A stretch of DNA of 63,247 nucleotides, filler included, from Octopus bimaculoides (Eukaryota): the NCBI RefSeq assembly GCF_001194135.2. It is 5 parts of 5 records of this genome, joined end to end, with 100 filler letters (N's around TTAATTAATTAA, not from the genome) between each part and the next. Parts side by side here need not be neighbours in the genome. Positions count along the whole stretch, not along the records: positions 16,472 to 27,040 come from NC_068989.1; positions 27,141 to 32,958 come from NC_069006.1; positions 33,059 to 60,127 come from NC_068983.1; 2 more parts are not named here. One strand, written 5' to 3'. The position numbers and the translations under genes are program-made. Within the stretch, counting starts at the first letter, position 1. Every line of letters starts with the position of its first letter. The notes beneath the pieces were generated by a model that was not told where the DNA came from, did not search any database, and saw only the letters and a list, made by a program, of their open reading frames with translations. Below, piece by piece: positions 23,411 to 37,249 of this stretch.

Positions 23411-23814
23411 ACGATCGTACATCAGTTTCCTCAATTACTCTTGACACTCCAAAACCACTTCAATAATAATAATAATAATAATACTTACTATAAGAAGTAT
23501 TCTATAAAAAAAGTGTAATTTAGACGACGCCATTAGAAGAAATGAAAGCATCGATTAGGTTATAAATGAGGTTATTGCAATTTTTAACGTTATTATAATA
23601 ATTACTGGTATAATTACTTTTGTTGTTGTATTTGTTATTGCACTTTTTGTTGTTGAATTTCGTACGTTTATTTCTTAGCTTAATTTTTTAAGTATTCACG
23701 TCGTTTAAAAGTGTGTGAATATGTATTTGTGAGTGGGTGTAAGTATGGTTATGGATGTATGTGTGTATATAAATATGATTATACATATATAATATGGATA
23801 TGCATGTATGTTAC

Positions 23815-23856
<42 letters not shown>

Positions 23857-24267
23857 ATGAATATAAGCGCATACATATGGATATGCATATATGCTAGTAT
23901 ATATGTGTGTGTGTGATTGTGTGAATGTATGTGTAAGAACACCTGGATTCGTGAAACGCTATACAGCAATAACAGCCATGAACCAAGCAATAACAACAAT
24001 TTCAACAATGAAAAAACAAAATCAAATAGAATTTTAATAAATAAATGAAAAAAAACAACATGAATTTTTGAGTTTATGAAACACGGAGGGAAATGTATTC
24101 AACTGAAAATAGAAACCGAGAACTTATCCACTAATCCAGGCCTTTGTGCTTTATAGTGCACCATTGATATCTAGATACATATATTCTAGATCCATTTCTT
24201 TGAAGAAACTTCAGGTTAATTCTTGTAAGGTCCTTATATAAGCTACTGTTTGTGTCTATGGTGAAGG

Positions 24268-24306
<39 letters not shown>

Positions 24307-24789
24307 CGTATATGCGTGTGTAGTTGTAGAGAAGCGTTAGTATAAGGTATTTTTCAGTTATCAGTCAAAACATCTCAACGTAGCATTTTGAATTTCTGCT
24401 TTCAGATTTTATGTGTTGTGAATATATTCATATATCCGGTTCTAACTTCCGGCTGAATTTGAGAGATATATAACTTTAAATATAGCAGCCATATTGAATC
24501 TTTATCTATAAACTTATTTTCTTTCATTCTTATTTTACTTATGAAAAAATATATAATTTCTTTATTTTATAACATTTTTAGAAACTAGTTTGATGAAACA
24601 TAAGACAAATGGCAGTGTAAAAAAGGAAGTTGTGATGTTTATGCTTTTTCAATGATTGATGTAGTCCCGACAGTTAGTTTTCGTGTAATCCAGTTAAATT
24701 TAATTCTACAGAAGCCGAATAGAATATCAGAAAAATATTTAAACCAACTGAAGAGATAAAATAAAAAACAAAATGTCAAAGAAAAAATG

Positions 24790-24955
24790 GCGCGAGGCCA
24801 GCATTTTTCGAGAGGAGAGAGAAATCGATTGCATTGATCCCCAGGTACTTATTTTGTCGACCTCGGCGGATTTGGAACTCCGAACGTAAACACATGCGAA
24901 ATGCAGCTAAACATTTTCCTCACCATGCTAACAGTTTTGTCAGCTCACCGTCTTA
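24790..24955 (-). mobile_element. SINE family A, internally deleted
   Basis: GTCGACCTCGGCGGATTTGGAACTC core followed by (AAT)n. Confidence 0.75.
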
Positions 24956-25631
24956 ATAATGATAATAATAATAATAATAATATAGTGATTTCTGTTATAA
25001 TAACGATAAAAACAATAATAACAAAAATAAAGAAAGAAAAATAAAGAAAAAATAAACATAAACAACAGAAAGGTTTAAACTCTTTATTATAGTAATGATT
25101 AGAAATAAAAATAATGAGTAGTAGTAATAGTAGTAGAATTGGTGGCGGTGGAAATATTACTAGTAGTGGTTGTGCTAGTGAAAGTAGCAGTTGTAACATT
25201 AGTTCTCTCAGTGGTCGTAATTCAGTGCATATATATATATATATATATATTTATATACAAGAATGTATGAGTGTATGCGTGCTTATATGAGGAAAAACAT
25301 ATACGGTCAATAAAATATACCTAATACCTAACTTCTAGTATGTATACGAACCACGTACCCTAATCTTTAATTTCGTCAATATTTCTAATTATGTATGCTG
25401 TTAAATGGCTTGGTAAATTTAACAGCAAATCACAGAGATGGCATTAAAGTTGTAGGAACACGGCCACATTTTAAACAAACTACCTATATTAAACCTTTAA
25501 ATGGAACAGAGAAACCATTTCTGGAAATTTATGAAGTCTGCAAACGATAAGAATGACAAAAAAAAAATCTCCTGATACGACGTCACCGCAACAAACATAC
25601 TTACATACGTATGACTGCACATGTATTGATT

Positions 25632-25728
<97 letters not shown>

Positions 25729-26457
25729 TATATAACCGGAGGAAATGGTTTCAATGGGAACCCATAATCTACAGTTTGAATAAAGGAAATGATATATATA
25801 ATATCAACACAAGCATCTGGTCACGTTGTTTTAACTGAACTTAAATCGATGAAATGGTGACTTAACTTGCGCAGCCAATTATGCTTGACATTGTAATTAG
25901 TGTTTATTAATTAGTACTTTCAGACGAAATACAACATATCATGTGAAATGACTGCACACAAAAGTTAAGTCTTTTAAGAACGCTAACTAAATGAAACAAA
26001 ATGGCTACTGCCTTGCATAATGCATGATTTGTGCAACATATAGTTATATAACATCAATATGCATGTCTGTAACAAAACTATAGCAAGACTGCTTTCGTTT
26101 CAAAGACTGTGCTATATAATTTAAGTCTACAATTTTACTATTGTTTACCTCGTGTTCAACAAGTATATACACATATTTGTTCTCCATTCATCTCATGGAG
26201 ATACACGGACGAGATCTACAATATGTTTCCAAATCAATTATATCTGTCTATCTGTTGATCTGTATGACTGTCTGTCTAGTTGCAGTTTGCGAATAAGACA
26301 TTCCATTTATTGTCTCTACGTATGTCAATCTATCTCTTACATATGTATTATTTTGTATATATTATTTTGTATATATTACAACTTTACTGCTTCTCCTATC
26401 CCTTACACGTAAAAGTATAATATATATATTAAACACACATAAGTTTCATATACACGC

Positions 26458-26495
<38 letters not shown>

Positions 26496-26935
26496 CCAGA
26501 TTTCGTAGAATAAAGAACTGGGAAAGCTATTGTACAAATCATATAAAATAAATGATTTTTCATGTTTCAAAATTTAAAAAATTGATAAATTTAAAAATAA
26601 CAAAGGAACGACAGCTATAAAAATAAAATACCATAAGATAAAAAAAAATATCAGATGAATCAGTCAAACCCTTGTATGACAAAAATCTCCCACTAACCTT
26701 TGTTCAGTATACATGTCTGACAAATTTACTGTATGAATCAGCGAAATGTAAAATATATAAAAGTATTTTGTGGCGCCTGTTTAACAAAATTATACGAATT
26801 TCCTCGTAGCAATATTATTGTAGATTTATAAAACAATATTATTTCTGATTATTTCTATCGTCTGTTTGTTGAAATACACTTCGGCGCTTATTTAACAAGC
26901 TTATGTTTTTAAAAAGATCTTTATCAATTAGGAAA

Positions 26936-26975
<40 letters not shown>

Positions 26976-27040
26976 TATTTAAATGATATTTAAATGATAT
27001 TACGTAGAAATTACTCTTCAGAAAAAAAAAATCATCTATT

Positions 27041-27140
27041 NNNNNNNNNNNNNNNNNNNNNNNNNNNNNNNNNNNNNNNNNNNNTTAATTAATTAANNNN
27101 NNNNNNNNNNNNNNNNNNNNNNNNNNNNNNNNNNNNNNNN
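27041..27140. other. Artificial scaffold-join spacer
   Basis: 44 N + TTAATTAATTAA + 44 N. Confidence 0.92.
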
Positions 27141-27252
27141 AGTACTTTGATATTTCATTTTTCGATAGAGAAATTATTCTTCAAACTTGGATAATTACAT
27201 GAAATAATGTTTGGGTTCCCCTTATCCTTCGCCCCTGTGGCAAATAGATAAA

Positions 27253-27299
<47 letters not shown>

Positions 27300-27661
27300 C
27301 ATCATCATCATCATCATCGTCGTCGTGGTTGTCGTCGTCGTCGTCGTCATCATCATCATCATCATCATCATTATTAATAATAATGGTTTTGTCTATTTTC
27401 TGAAGTCCTCACTTCATGTTGAACACTAAACACTTTTCCTTGTACTCGTGTATAAACCGCCCCCATATCTCCTGGATTTTCCTGTCGGAAAAAAGTGCGG
27501 TTAATACACCAGCAATGACGGTATTCATTGACCATTTTCAGAGTGTTAGACAGAGTGTGACTGTGTTAACCTCTTGTGTGTTCAATAATAACAAGCAATT
27601 CTCCCGAAAGATAGTCGAACGAACGTCTAACGACATTCAGTGCATTTCTTCTACCACTTTT

Positions 27662-27731
27662 CCGCAGCCATCTCCGACGAACAGGCAATGAGAAGTCATA
27701 CTCAAAGATGGCGGCGAATAACTTCGTACGT
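27662..27731. promoter_or_regulatory. Possible promoter/first exon: divergent YY1-type motifs
   Basis: AAGATGGCGGCG (+, 27705-27716) and AGATGGCTGCGG (-, 27662-27673) in unique, CpG-richer DNA; possible donor TTC|GTACGT after MAANNF. Confidence 0.35.
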
Positions 27732-28032
27732 ATACTTTCCAGTATCAGAATGAGGTTTATTTATTTCCGGTCATTAACAAGGTTATTTGTATTTACTCGC
27801 CATATCCTTTTTTTTTTTCTTCCCTTCCTGTGGTGCAGCAAAGTTGTTTCCCCCATTGTTCTCTCCCTCTTTTCAACTGGAGAAGTAATTAATGTTTTTG
27901 GTTAAGGTTAAGCATAAGATGCTTAACGTAGAGTATTAATTACTCCACAACAGGAGAGAGAGAGAAAAAGAAGGAAACAAATCTGCTTCCGGGTGGGAAG
28001 GAAAGTAAAGCAACAGAAGGACACAATAGCAA

Positions 28033-28115
<83 letters not shown>

Positions 28116-28399
28116 CATATATGTATATATATATATATTTACATAGTCACATGCACACATACACACTTATATACATGTATGTATGAATGTATATACATAA
28201 GTATATATTCAATATGTATATATACACATATATAAACACATACATATGTGTGTGTGTGATATGTTTGCATGTGTGTATGTTTATATGCATCTTTGTACAT
28301 GCGTACAAACATGCATATATCACGAGAGAGAATGAGAGAGAGAGAAAGAGAAAGAGTAAAAGAGAGAGAGAAAGAGAGAGAGAGAGTAAGAGAGAGAGA

Positions 28400-29070
28400 G
28401 GGCCAAGATTATTGAACACACAAGAGGACGCAGTGGCCGGAATAGTAGGAGAGGTTTCTCGGATGGGTGAAGAAGAGGATGGCAGGACTCGCAGTGTCGA
28501 CAATCACCCTTCGAATCGTGGCCAAGAAGATCGCCAAAGACATCGGCATCAGAGACGTCTGTTCCAGCACATCATGAGCTTTCCGGTTTATGACGAGGAT
28601 GAACTGGCATATGCAGACGATCAACTCTACGATGTCTTCAACGGGTCGTCTGACGACGAAGAGTTCTTAGGATTTGAGTGAATTCTCTACCCATTAGGGT
28701 CGGTCCTTTTTAGGACCACATATTTTCAAGAAAGAATATAAAGATCCCAATATGAATAAATCATATAATAAATAATAAAAAGACGTTCTCACATAATAAA
28801 AAAGAAGTCCTCTTATTATCTCTTGCATTTAAAACCTGGACTTTATCTTCTTCCATCGATAATTATGAATATCAATGATTGCAGTCGGAAATGCTGAAGT
28901 ATGAAATCACAAATCATCATGAAATTGAACTTTGAATTTATCCCGCATTTCTCCCTTTTCATTAGCCCCAGTTATTTCTCAGTTTCTTTCACATTTTCCC
29001 CAGTCGAGGACCGAAATTCGTGGGGTGCAGTTTATACACGGGTGCGGCTTATACACCGGAAAATACGGTA
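28400..29070 (+). mobile_element. pogo-type DNA transposon, 3' end
   Basis: Acidic C-terminus ...DVFNGSSDDEEFLGFE* (28681); terminal GGGTGCGGCTTATACACCGGAAAATACGG+TA, the reverse complement of a CCGTATTTTCC-type TIR. Confidence 0.7.
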
Positions 29071-29309
29071 ATTAGAAATAATAATAATAAATAACTCGAG
29101 GCTACAACAGAAATCTGGAATGAAGAAGCACAATGTTAAGAACGAGCTTCTGCTACACCAATTAAAAGGAAATAATTAGACGACTACCATATAATCACTT
29201 CCGGTTTCGTGCGTGCGCGCACTACGTGTGTGTGTGCGTGTGTATATGTGCGTGTGCGTGTGAGTGTTCGTGTGTATGTATAATATACACCTTTGTTCTA
29301 AAGTATGCT

Positions 29310-29655
29310 GCCATGCTGTGTCAATCCCATTGAGGAGTTCAAACAAACAAACAGAACCTCGGGACTTATTCTTTTATCAAGTTTCGTGCTTATTCTATGC
29401 CATCTTTCTATGCAGAGCTGCTAAGTTACTGACACGTAAACAAACTAATGCTGTTTGTCAAGCACTGAGTGGGCAAACGCAAAGACATGCACATGTATGC
29501 ACACACACACACGAGGTTCTTTCAGTTTCCATCTTTCAAGCCCACTCACAAGCCTTTGGTCGGCCCCGATGCTATACTTGAAGACACATTGCCCGATTTG
29601 CCACGCAGAGGGACAGAACCCAGAACCATGTGTTTGGGAAGCAAGCTTCTTACCA
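29310..29655 (-). mobile_element. SINE family B with internal (CA)n
   Basis: Both halves recognisable. Confidence 0.75.
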
Positions 29656-29863
29656 TACAATGTATAAATATTAACGGTAGTCTTTCTCGATCCGAGAAAG
29701 AAAGTTTTGTCATTTCTAGCTGAAGAAACTGTTTTTAACGATCAAATATTTATGCTGCACATTAGCTCACGTCCTCCGTCTAATCAACATTGCCTGTACA
29801 AGTGGATGGTGTGCCACACATACGATGTCGAAGTGATCACAATGATGAGAAATAAACAAACCT

Positions 29864-30029
29864 TAGGTTACTTGAAATATGTCTGTAACATATTTTAACG
29901 CCTAAAGGCAATTCCACTTCCGTTTACCGAGGGGAATAAATTTTCAGCGAGAATTTTTCTCCGCTGTAAACTGCAAGGAAATTGCCTTTAGACGTTAAAG
30001 TATGTCTCAAACATATCTGAACCAACCTA
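29864..30029. mobile_element. Degenerate foldback/MITE with about 52-bp arms
   Basis: TTAACGCCTAAAGGCAATTCC (left) vs GGAAATTGCCTTTAGACGTTAA (right), with weaker pairing further out. Confidence 0.55.
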
Positions 30030-30188
30030 AATAGCTGCTTTAGCCGTTGGACTGCGGCAATACTGGTTCACCTCCTTGAAGTATTTTTATCGAACAAATC
30101 GATCCTTTCGTTAAGTTCAGTATTGTATCAACCCTTTAGCCGAACCACTAAGTTATAGGGGCGTAAACAAATCAATAAGCAAGGAAGT

Positions 30189-30253
<65 letters not shown>

Positions 30254-30829
30254 NNNNNNNNNNNNNNNNNNNNNNNNNNNNNNNNNNNNNNNNNNNNNNN
30301 NNNNNNNNNNNNNNNNNNNNNNNNNNNNNNNNNNNNNNNNNNNNNNNNNNNNNNNNNNNNNNNNNNNNNNNNNNNNNNNNNNNNNNNNNNNNNNNNNNNN
30401 NNNNNNNNNNNNNNNNNNNNNNNNNNNNNNNNNNNNNNNNNNNNNNNNNNNNNNNNNNNNNNNNNNNNNNNNNTATATATATATATATTACATATAATAA
30501 AGTGCATTGTGTCGTGTGAGTTACACTGGCAAAAGGAGGCTAAAACAACAAACGGAGTGATAGTGAGTGGTGGTTAGAGACGATAAGTGCAGGTGAACTG
30601 TTCTGAAGTCGCTACTGTTTTAATCAAAATAAAATTGCAAATTTTTATCGTAAATTGAATTTAGATTATCAGTTTCTCCCCCACCCCCCACACATATTAA
30701 TATATATTAATACATGTACGAAATAAAATGTTAAACACATTTGGGAAGCAAACTTCTTACCGCACAGCTACTCCTGCGCGCGCGCGCGCATACACACACA
30801 CACACACACATATGTATATACAGTGCATA

Positions 30830-32330
30830 GACGTATATTCAGCAGAGATGCAATGATATCACACGCGCATATCTCACATTTACAGTAAATAGTGCACATA
30901 CATATGTTACAAAGAGTGCATATACATATTAAAAATGCATGAAGCTGTCAAACTCACGCATCATATATATATATGCAAAATATAGTGTACACATACATTT
31001 CACAGGTTCAGTAGATAATTCATATACACGCGCAATATAGTGCAGTCAACACGCATATGAAATAAATTGTGCATTCACTTTACATATATGCAGTAGATAT
31101 CGCACAATATTTCACATGTGCAGCAGGTAGGCAGTGCATACAGATCTGATACACATGCACCTGTTTGTGGGCACGTCAGATATATGCTGCTGGTAGTGCA
31201 CACATCACATATAACCGGAAGGTAATGCACTCATACCACAACATGCTGTAAATAATGGATACATATTTCGCAGCTGCGGCCAGATAAAAAAACATGTAAA
31301 GTATATATGCAATACATAGCGTATCCGTCATGAATATGCAGTTGATAGTAAACTCTCACATCAAATATATGCAACAGAAAATGGACTTGTATAAAAAGTA
31401 TGCAGTAGAGAGTGCATACATGACACATATGCAATGGATACTTCATATGCATATCTAATATATATATAATACGTAATGCATGCACATTTTACATAAGTAG
31501 TAAATAGCGGACATACACACACCCTATATGGAACAGATGGTGCATGCACACATCTCACTTATGCAGTAGATGGTGCACACTCACCTCAGGTATGTGATGG
31601 AGAGCGTACATACTCGTATCCACACATATGCAATACATTGTGCATCAAAGCATCGCACATCTACATATGAAAGTGCACACAGACGTAACATATTTTCAAT
31701 AGATACAGCAGAAATACTTGCAACAAGTAATACACACACATTTCACATTTGCAGTAGATAGTGCACACATATCTGGTTAAGTAGTATATAACATAAACAC
31801 CTCACACATACGCGGAAGATGGTGCACAAGCACATGCGACAAGCACACACGAAACAGGGCACACACATCAGATATGCATTTCTCATATGCAACATATATT
31901 GCACACATAGATCTCGCATATGCAGTTGGTAGAGACGCTTGTAATTCATATATGGATAAATACTGCGCACGCATGCAGCACACATGCAGTAGATAGTGCA
32001 CACATATCTACTTACGTAGTATATAGTGTAAAGACATCAAACATACGCATGCAATAAGGAGTATACATGTATTTCACATGTGCAGCTGATAGGATACACA
32101 CATTAGATATGCATTTGGAAGTATACAGATACAATCTCACATATGCATTTGGAAGTGATAGAGACATATCTCACATATGCAAGAAATTGTGCACACATAA
32201 ATATCGCATATGCAGTTGATAAAGACCTTTGTAACACATATATAGTAAATATTGAGCACATCACGTATATATTTTGTAGATACTGCATACAACACTCATC
32301 AGCAGTAGATAAAGAGCTTCGACAGGAAGC
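30830..32330 (+). repeat. Cryptic degenerate satellite with core TGCAGTAGATAGTGCACAC
   Basis: About 15-20 variant cores spaced about 60-110 bp apart (e.g. 31088, 31400, 31561, 31750, 31985). Confidence 0.7.
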
Positions 32331-32924
32331 CTTAACTTAATATAAAACTGCAGTTGTTAAATGGATTGGAAAACGAAGCGAGTTTGACAAGATGAAAAGA
32401 AATTAAACACCACAGAAAATTAACCATTTTTCCATTGTCCCTAATTATATCTGCAAGTGATTGTTTTTACAAAAAAAAGCTCATGAGAGTTTCCTTTCAC
32501 TCAATTAAACTGCTCTGTTTAATCGTTTTTTGCAGTGCAATGGTAATCAAAGAGATAGAAGAGGGTAATTTGTTTAGTTCTGGATCGAAATCTGCCAAAT
32601 ATTCTTGATGAAACTTTCGAGAAAGATTAGATGCATATGTAATTCTTGTGATGTTGCGTTGTCTTGTAACTGAGGGAGACGGTTGATGATGATGATCTGT
32701 CTTGATGTTGTATTGATTTCAATAAGAATGCATTGTTATCGGAATAGAGATTCCCAATGGTTATTTAATAAAGATGAAACAATGAAATGTCTTTCAAACG
32801 GTTTCTTAGTAAAATGAATGAAAATTAGTAGCAACCTCGTTTGACTCGGATATTTTGTTTCTGGATTTAAAACAATCTTTCAACTATTTCCCCTGTGGGC
32901 GTTTTTGAGTGGCTTGTTCTACAC

Positions 32925-32958
<34 letters not shown>

Positions 32959-33058
32959 NNNNNNNNNNNNNNNNNNNNNNNNNNNNNNNNNNNNNNNNNN
33001 NNTTAATTAATTAANNNNNNNNNNNNNNNNNNNNNNNNNNNNNNNNNNNNNNNNNNNN
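32959..33058. other. Artificial scaffold-join spacer
   Basis: 44 N + TTAATTAATTAA + 44 N. Confidence 0.92.
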
Positions 33059-33183
33059 TTTTAGAGAAAAATTTGTAGTTTAGAATTAGTAGTTCTTTGA
33101 CTGCTGTTTCTGAATTTTCAGTATGTTGGAGAAGCAACTCAATTGCTAATCCCTTATATTTATGATATATATATATATATATT

Positions 33184-34550
33184 CAGGGGCTGGACAAAAT
33201 AATGGAAACACCTTAAAATTTCAAACAACTTTATTTTAATAAGGATAGGACCGCCTTTGGCAGTAATTACAGCTTGAAATCTACGAGGTATGGTTTCGTA
33301 CAAAATTTGAATTGTTTACAAAGGAATTTTTGTCCATTCTTCAGCTAAAACTGTCTCCAGTTCTTCTAGTGATGATGGTGGAGGATATCGACTCCTTACT
33401 TGTTTTTCTAAAATGCACCATAAATGTTCAATAATATTGAGATCTTGGGACTGTGGTGGCCAGATAAGATGTTCAACTTCACTAGAATGTTCCTCGTGCC
33501 ATTCAGTAATAACTTTAGCTGTGTGAATTGGTGCATTATCATCCTGAAAGATTGCATTTCCCTCCGGAAACAGTTCCGCAGCCAAAGGATGAATTTGATC
33601 AGATAGAATGCTTAAATAGTCTTGACTATNNNNNNNNNNNNNNNNNNNNNNNNNNNNNNNNNNNNNNNNNNNNNNNNNNNNNNNNNNNNNNNNNNNNNNN
33701 NNNNNNNNNNNNNNNNNNNNNNNNNNNNNNNNNNNNNNNNNNNNNNNNNNNNNNNNNNNNNNNNNNNNNNNNNNNNNNNNNNNNNNNNNNNNNNNNNNNN
33801 NNNNNNNNNNNNNNNNNNNNNNNNNNNNNNNNNNNNNNNNNNNNNNNNNNNNNNNNNNNNNNNNNNNNNNNNNNNNNNNNNNNNNNNNNNNNNNNNNNNN
33901 NNNNNNNNNNNNNNNNNNNNNNNNNNNNNNNNNNNNNNNNNNNNNNNNNNNNNNNNNNNNNNNNNNNNNNNNNNNNNNNNNNNNNNNNNNNNNNNNNNNN
34001 NNNNNNNNNNNNNNNNNNNNNNNNNNNNNNNNNNNNNNNNNNNNNNNNNNNNNNNNNNNNNNNNNNNNNNNNNNNNNNNNNNNNNNNNNNNNNNNNNNNN
34101 NNNNNNNNNNNNNNNNNNNNNNNNNNNNNNNNNNNNNNNNNNNNNNACAGTCTGGGTCAAATACTTTTTTTGCCTGTCTCCACGCGTATACTCGGCCGGT
34201 AGTCGGAAATAAGGTAAAGGATGACTCGTCCGAGAAAATAACATTCTTCCACTGCTCTAGGGACCAATTCTGTAAGTTTTTACTCCACTCTAAATGCTTT
34301 GCAATGTTTGTTTTTGAAAGTAGTGGTTTTCTGATTGCAGCTCTCCCGTGAAATCTGGCTTTGTGCAGCTCCCGGTGAACAGTTTTTGTGGAAACTTGGT
34401 TCTCGAGGTGGTCATTAAGCTCTGCAGTAATTCTGGGAGCTCTACTTTTGTGATCCTTTCTAACAATTCGCATAAGAGTCCGACGATCCCTATCTGAAAG
34501 TTTTGGTTTTCTTCCGGAGTTTTGTTTCGACGATGAGCTCCTTGAAGACC
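33184..34550 (-). mobile_element. Tc1-family transposon with DD36E triad (Incomer-like), 5'-truncated, gap inside, premature stop at 33316
   Basis: SGRKPKLSDRDRR, RKPLLS, VIFSDES, FQDDNAPIH...WPPQSQDLNIIEHLW (36 residues between D and E); TIR CAGGGGCTGGACAAAATAATGGAAACACC at 33184. Confidence 0.9.
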
Positions 34551-34636
34551 AATATATTCGACTATTTTTCATTATAGATTCATTATTGACCACTAGAAAA
34601 GATATACAAAAACTTAAACGAATGTTTAACATTTAA

Positions 34637-35895
34637 GGCACAAAGTATGCGTCGTATGAAAACTAACAATATTTTGCCATGTCAAATTTTTAACACCATG
34701 ACAACAAACGAAAACAATGAATAAATAGTAAACAAGGGATATCAATAGTTAATAGCTCTACCATTCCAGCGAATAACTTAGAAAATTCGCTATGGCATAC
34801 TCGACACAAGTGTTTGCAGGAGGTTTCCGGAATGTTACGCCACGAGGTGACGTCTGCCTGGCGAAGAGCATCCAGTCTCAAATTACGTTCCATTTTTGTA
34901 AATGTCTCTCGCCATCCATCCCCAAAGATTTTCGATGGTGTTTAGGTCAGGAGAACATGAAGGATGTTTCAAAAGATGAACGTTATTTGTGCTGGATGAA
35001 ATCCTTTGGCCTGCGAGCATTATGGATTGTAACATTATTCTGTTGATAAATCCAGTCTTCTCCACACAAACGAGGGCCTTCAGTCAAGTGATGGCCACTC
35101 CAATACGCCAACATAACCAACTGTTGTTTGACGCCCCTGCATAACCTGAAGTTGCATAGTTCCACTGTACGAGAAAGCACCCCACACCATGATAGAGCTT
35201 CTATCACTGTGCCTCGCTGAAAAAGTCTCCGGTGAAATATGTTTTGCATGTCAATATCGTTGAAAATTACCAGGACTATCAAGACTGAATTTCTTCTCAT
35301 TTCAGAATAAAACTTTCTTCCAGTTTTGATCGTCCCAGGTCTGTTGATTCTGAACAAATTCTAAACGAGTAGTTAGTTTTGTGGCGTGGAAGAAGACAGG
35401 ATCTTTGAAGACGTTTATGATTTTTAAAGCCTCTTTCTCTCAAATGCCGTCTTATCGTCCTTGAGCTGCATACCGCGTCCGTGGTGATCGACTACTGTCA
35501 TTGCTAACTTACCGTCTAATCCATCTGTTCAACGCTGATGACATTTCCTTTGGTCGGCCGGTCGATTTTTTTTATAAATATGCCTCAGGGTCTTTTAAGA
35601 AGTTCGTAATGGTGATTGCGGCCAGTTTCACTGGAGACTGCACGTTGAGAAAAAACCTTGCGTCTGGAGCCCTACAATTCTACTACGTTCAAGATCCATC
35701 AACATTTTAGCTTTGCCTCTTGTTGTTGGGAAATAGACAAGGAATGACCGGCAGTTGTTGACAAACAAGAAAGCTTGAACATAAATGCTAGAATTTTTAT
35801 AGTTTACATCAGATTTAATCTTTTTATTTACCATGGTCTTAAATTTTTGACCAGTCGAAATATTGCTCATTCTCAAACAATGCAAATTTTGTGCA
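34637..35895 (-). mobile_element. Full-length but decayed Tc1/Tc3-like transposon
   Basis: Frameshifted WKKVLF-E-KKF-LD-P, CGEDWIYQQNN..IHNARR and HPSCSPDLNTIENLWGWMARD; degenerate TIRs of about 65 bp at 34637-34700 and 35831-35895. Confidence 0.82.
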
Positions 35896-36483
35896 TTAAA
35901 TGTTAAACATTCTTTTAGATTTTCGTGTATCTTTTTCTATTTGCCAATTATGAATCTATAATGAAAAATAGTCGAATATATCAGTCTGCAAAGAGTCCTT
36001 TTCGGCAGTGTATTCACTGATCTTAAGAGTTTGTCCAGCACTCACTACAGCTGTTTCTGACGTGTTGTTTTTATAGATGTTTAATTCGTACATATATTCA
36101 CCTGATGAAAATTGGGTTTTTTCGCATGATGTAATAATTCTATTCATCAATAAAAACACGTTTGAAACAGCTGTAGTGAGTGAACCACAATCCATCTGTT
36201 GTTATTTATTTATTATTCACCCTACTAAGAACCTGCAATTACCATGGATCTAGAGTCTATTGAGTGCAGTGCAATTGGTGCAATGTCAGTGCCTCGATAC
36301 TCGTGGTATATCCAGTCGGCCGCTTGTGATTGTACATGCAAATAGGATATAAATCTGGGTTTACTTCGGTATGTAGGTATATGTTCCTCAAATTATGATT
36401 TGTATGCGATAGCGATTTCACTGACCCAACCCTGATGCTTTACTATTTAAGGACATGATGCCCTTGAATTCTGAACTTATATA

Positions 36484-36534
<51 letters not shown>

Positions 36535-36599
36535 AGGACTGGAGGACTGAAGACCATCAGAATATCGGAAAAGGTATCGAGATAATTTGCACTGGTATG

Positions 36600-36848
36600 A
36601 AAATGCTAACATCATGACTGCTACTCAATGCTCTGTAGCCAAGATCAAGAAGTTGTTCGACGATCTTTCCAGGGATACATCGAGGAATGTATGCATCAAA
36701 TTCGGAGCCGTCTTGAGTCCGTGATAGAAGCTGAGGGCGGTTACTTTGAGTAAATATTAGTTGGGGTTTGACTATGACTAATTTGAGGCAATACGTTGGT
36801 AGTATATTCACCAGTTAAGGGCCATTGTGTATTTATCATACATAACCT
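36600..36848 (+). mobile_element. maT/DD37D-like transposase C-terminal remnant
   Basis: VAKIKKLFDDLSRDTSRNVCIKF..RLESVIEAEGGYFE*. Confidence 0.6.
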
Positions 36849-37249
36849 GTTAACTATCGCTTAAGTCTCTGGTAATGTAACAGCCAGGTGCATCTGAGGA
36901 TTTTTATACTTAAAGGAAATTTCAACAAGGAATGATTAGTTCTTCTACCTGTTTAATCTACTGCAGCTATCCGTGAGTTAGCAGTTTTTTTAATTGACTT
37001 CTGATTTCACTTAAGATAAAGATAACAAACGTTTGGTCCGTTCTTTCAGTTAAACGTACGAAAATAATTCGGGGTTTCTTTGCAGTGGTTAATCGGTCCA
37101 CTCTATCATATGCATTTTGATCAGGGATCAGTTTGGGATCAGTTTCTTTACCACAGACAGTTGAACGATGTCATAAGATGTCCCCCTGAATAACTCACAA
37201 CACACTGTATTTTGATGCTGTCGTTTAGGTGACTATGCGAAAATCATTT

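Noticed and set aside
30830-32330. Repeat-spacer pattern as a CRISPR array
   Set aside because: Eukaryotic context, degenerate repeats, irregular low-complexity spacers and no cas genes.
32460-32720. Minus-strand open stretch ...RKFHQEYLADFDPELNK...
   Set aside because: No start, no convincing splice sites and no recognisable family.
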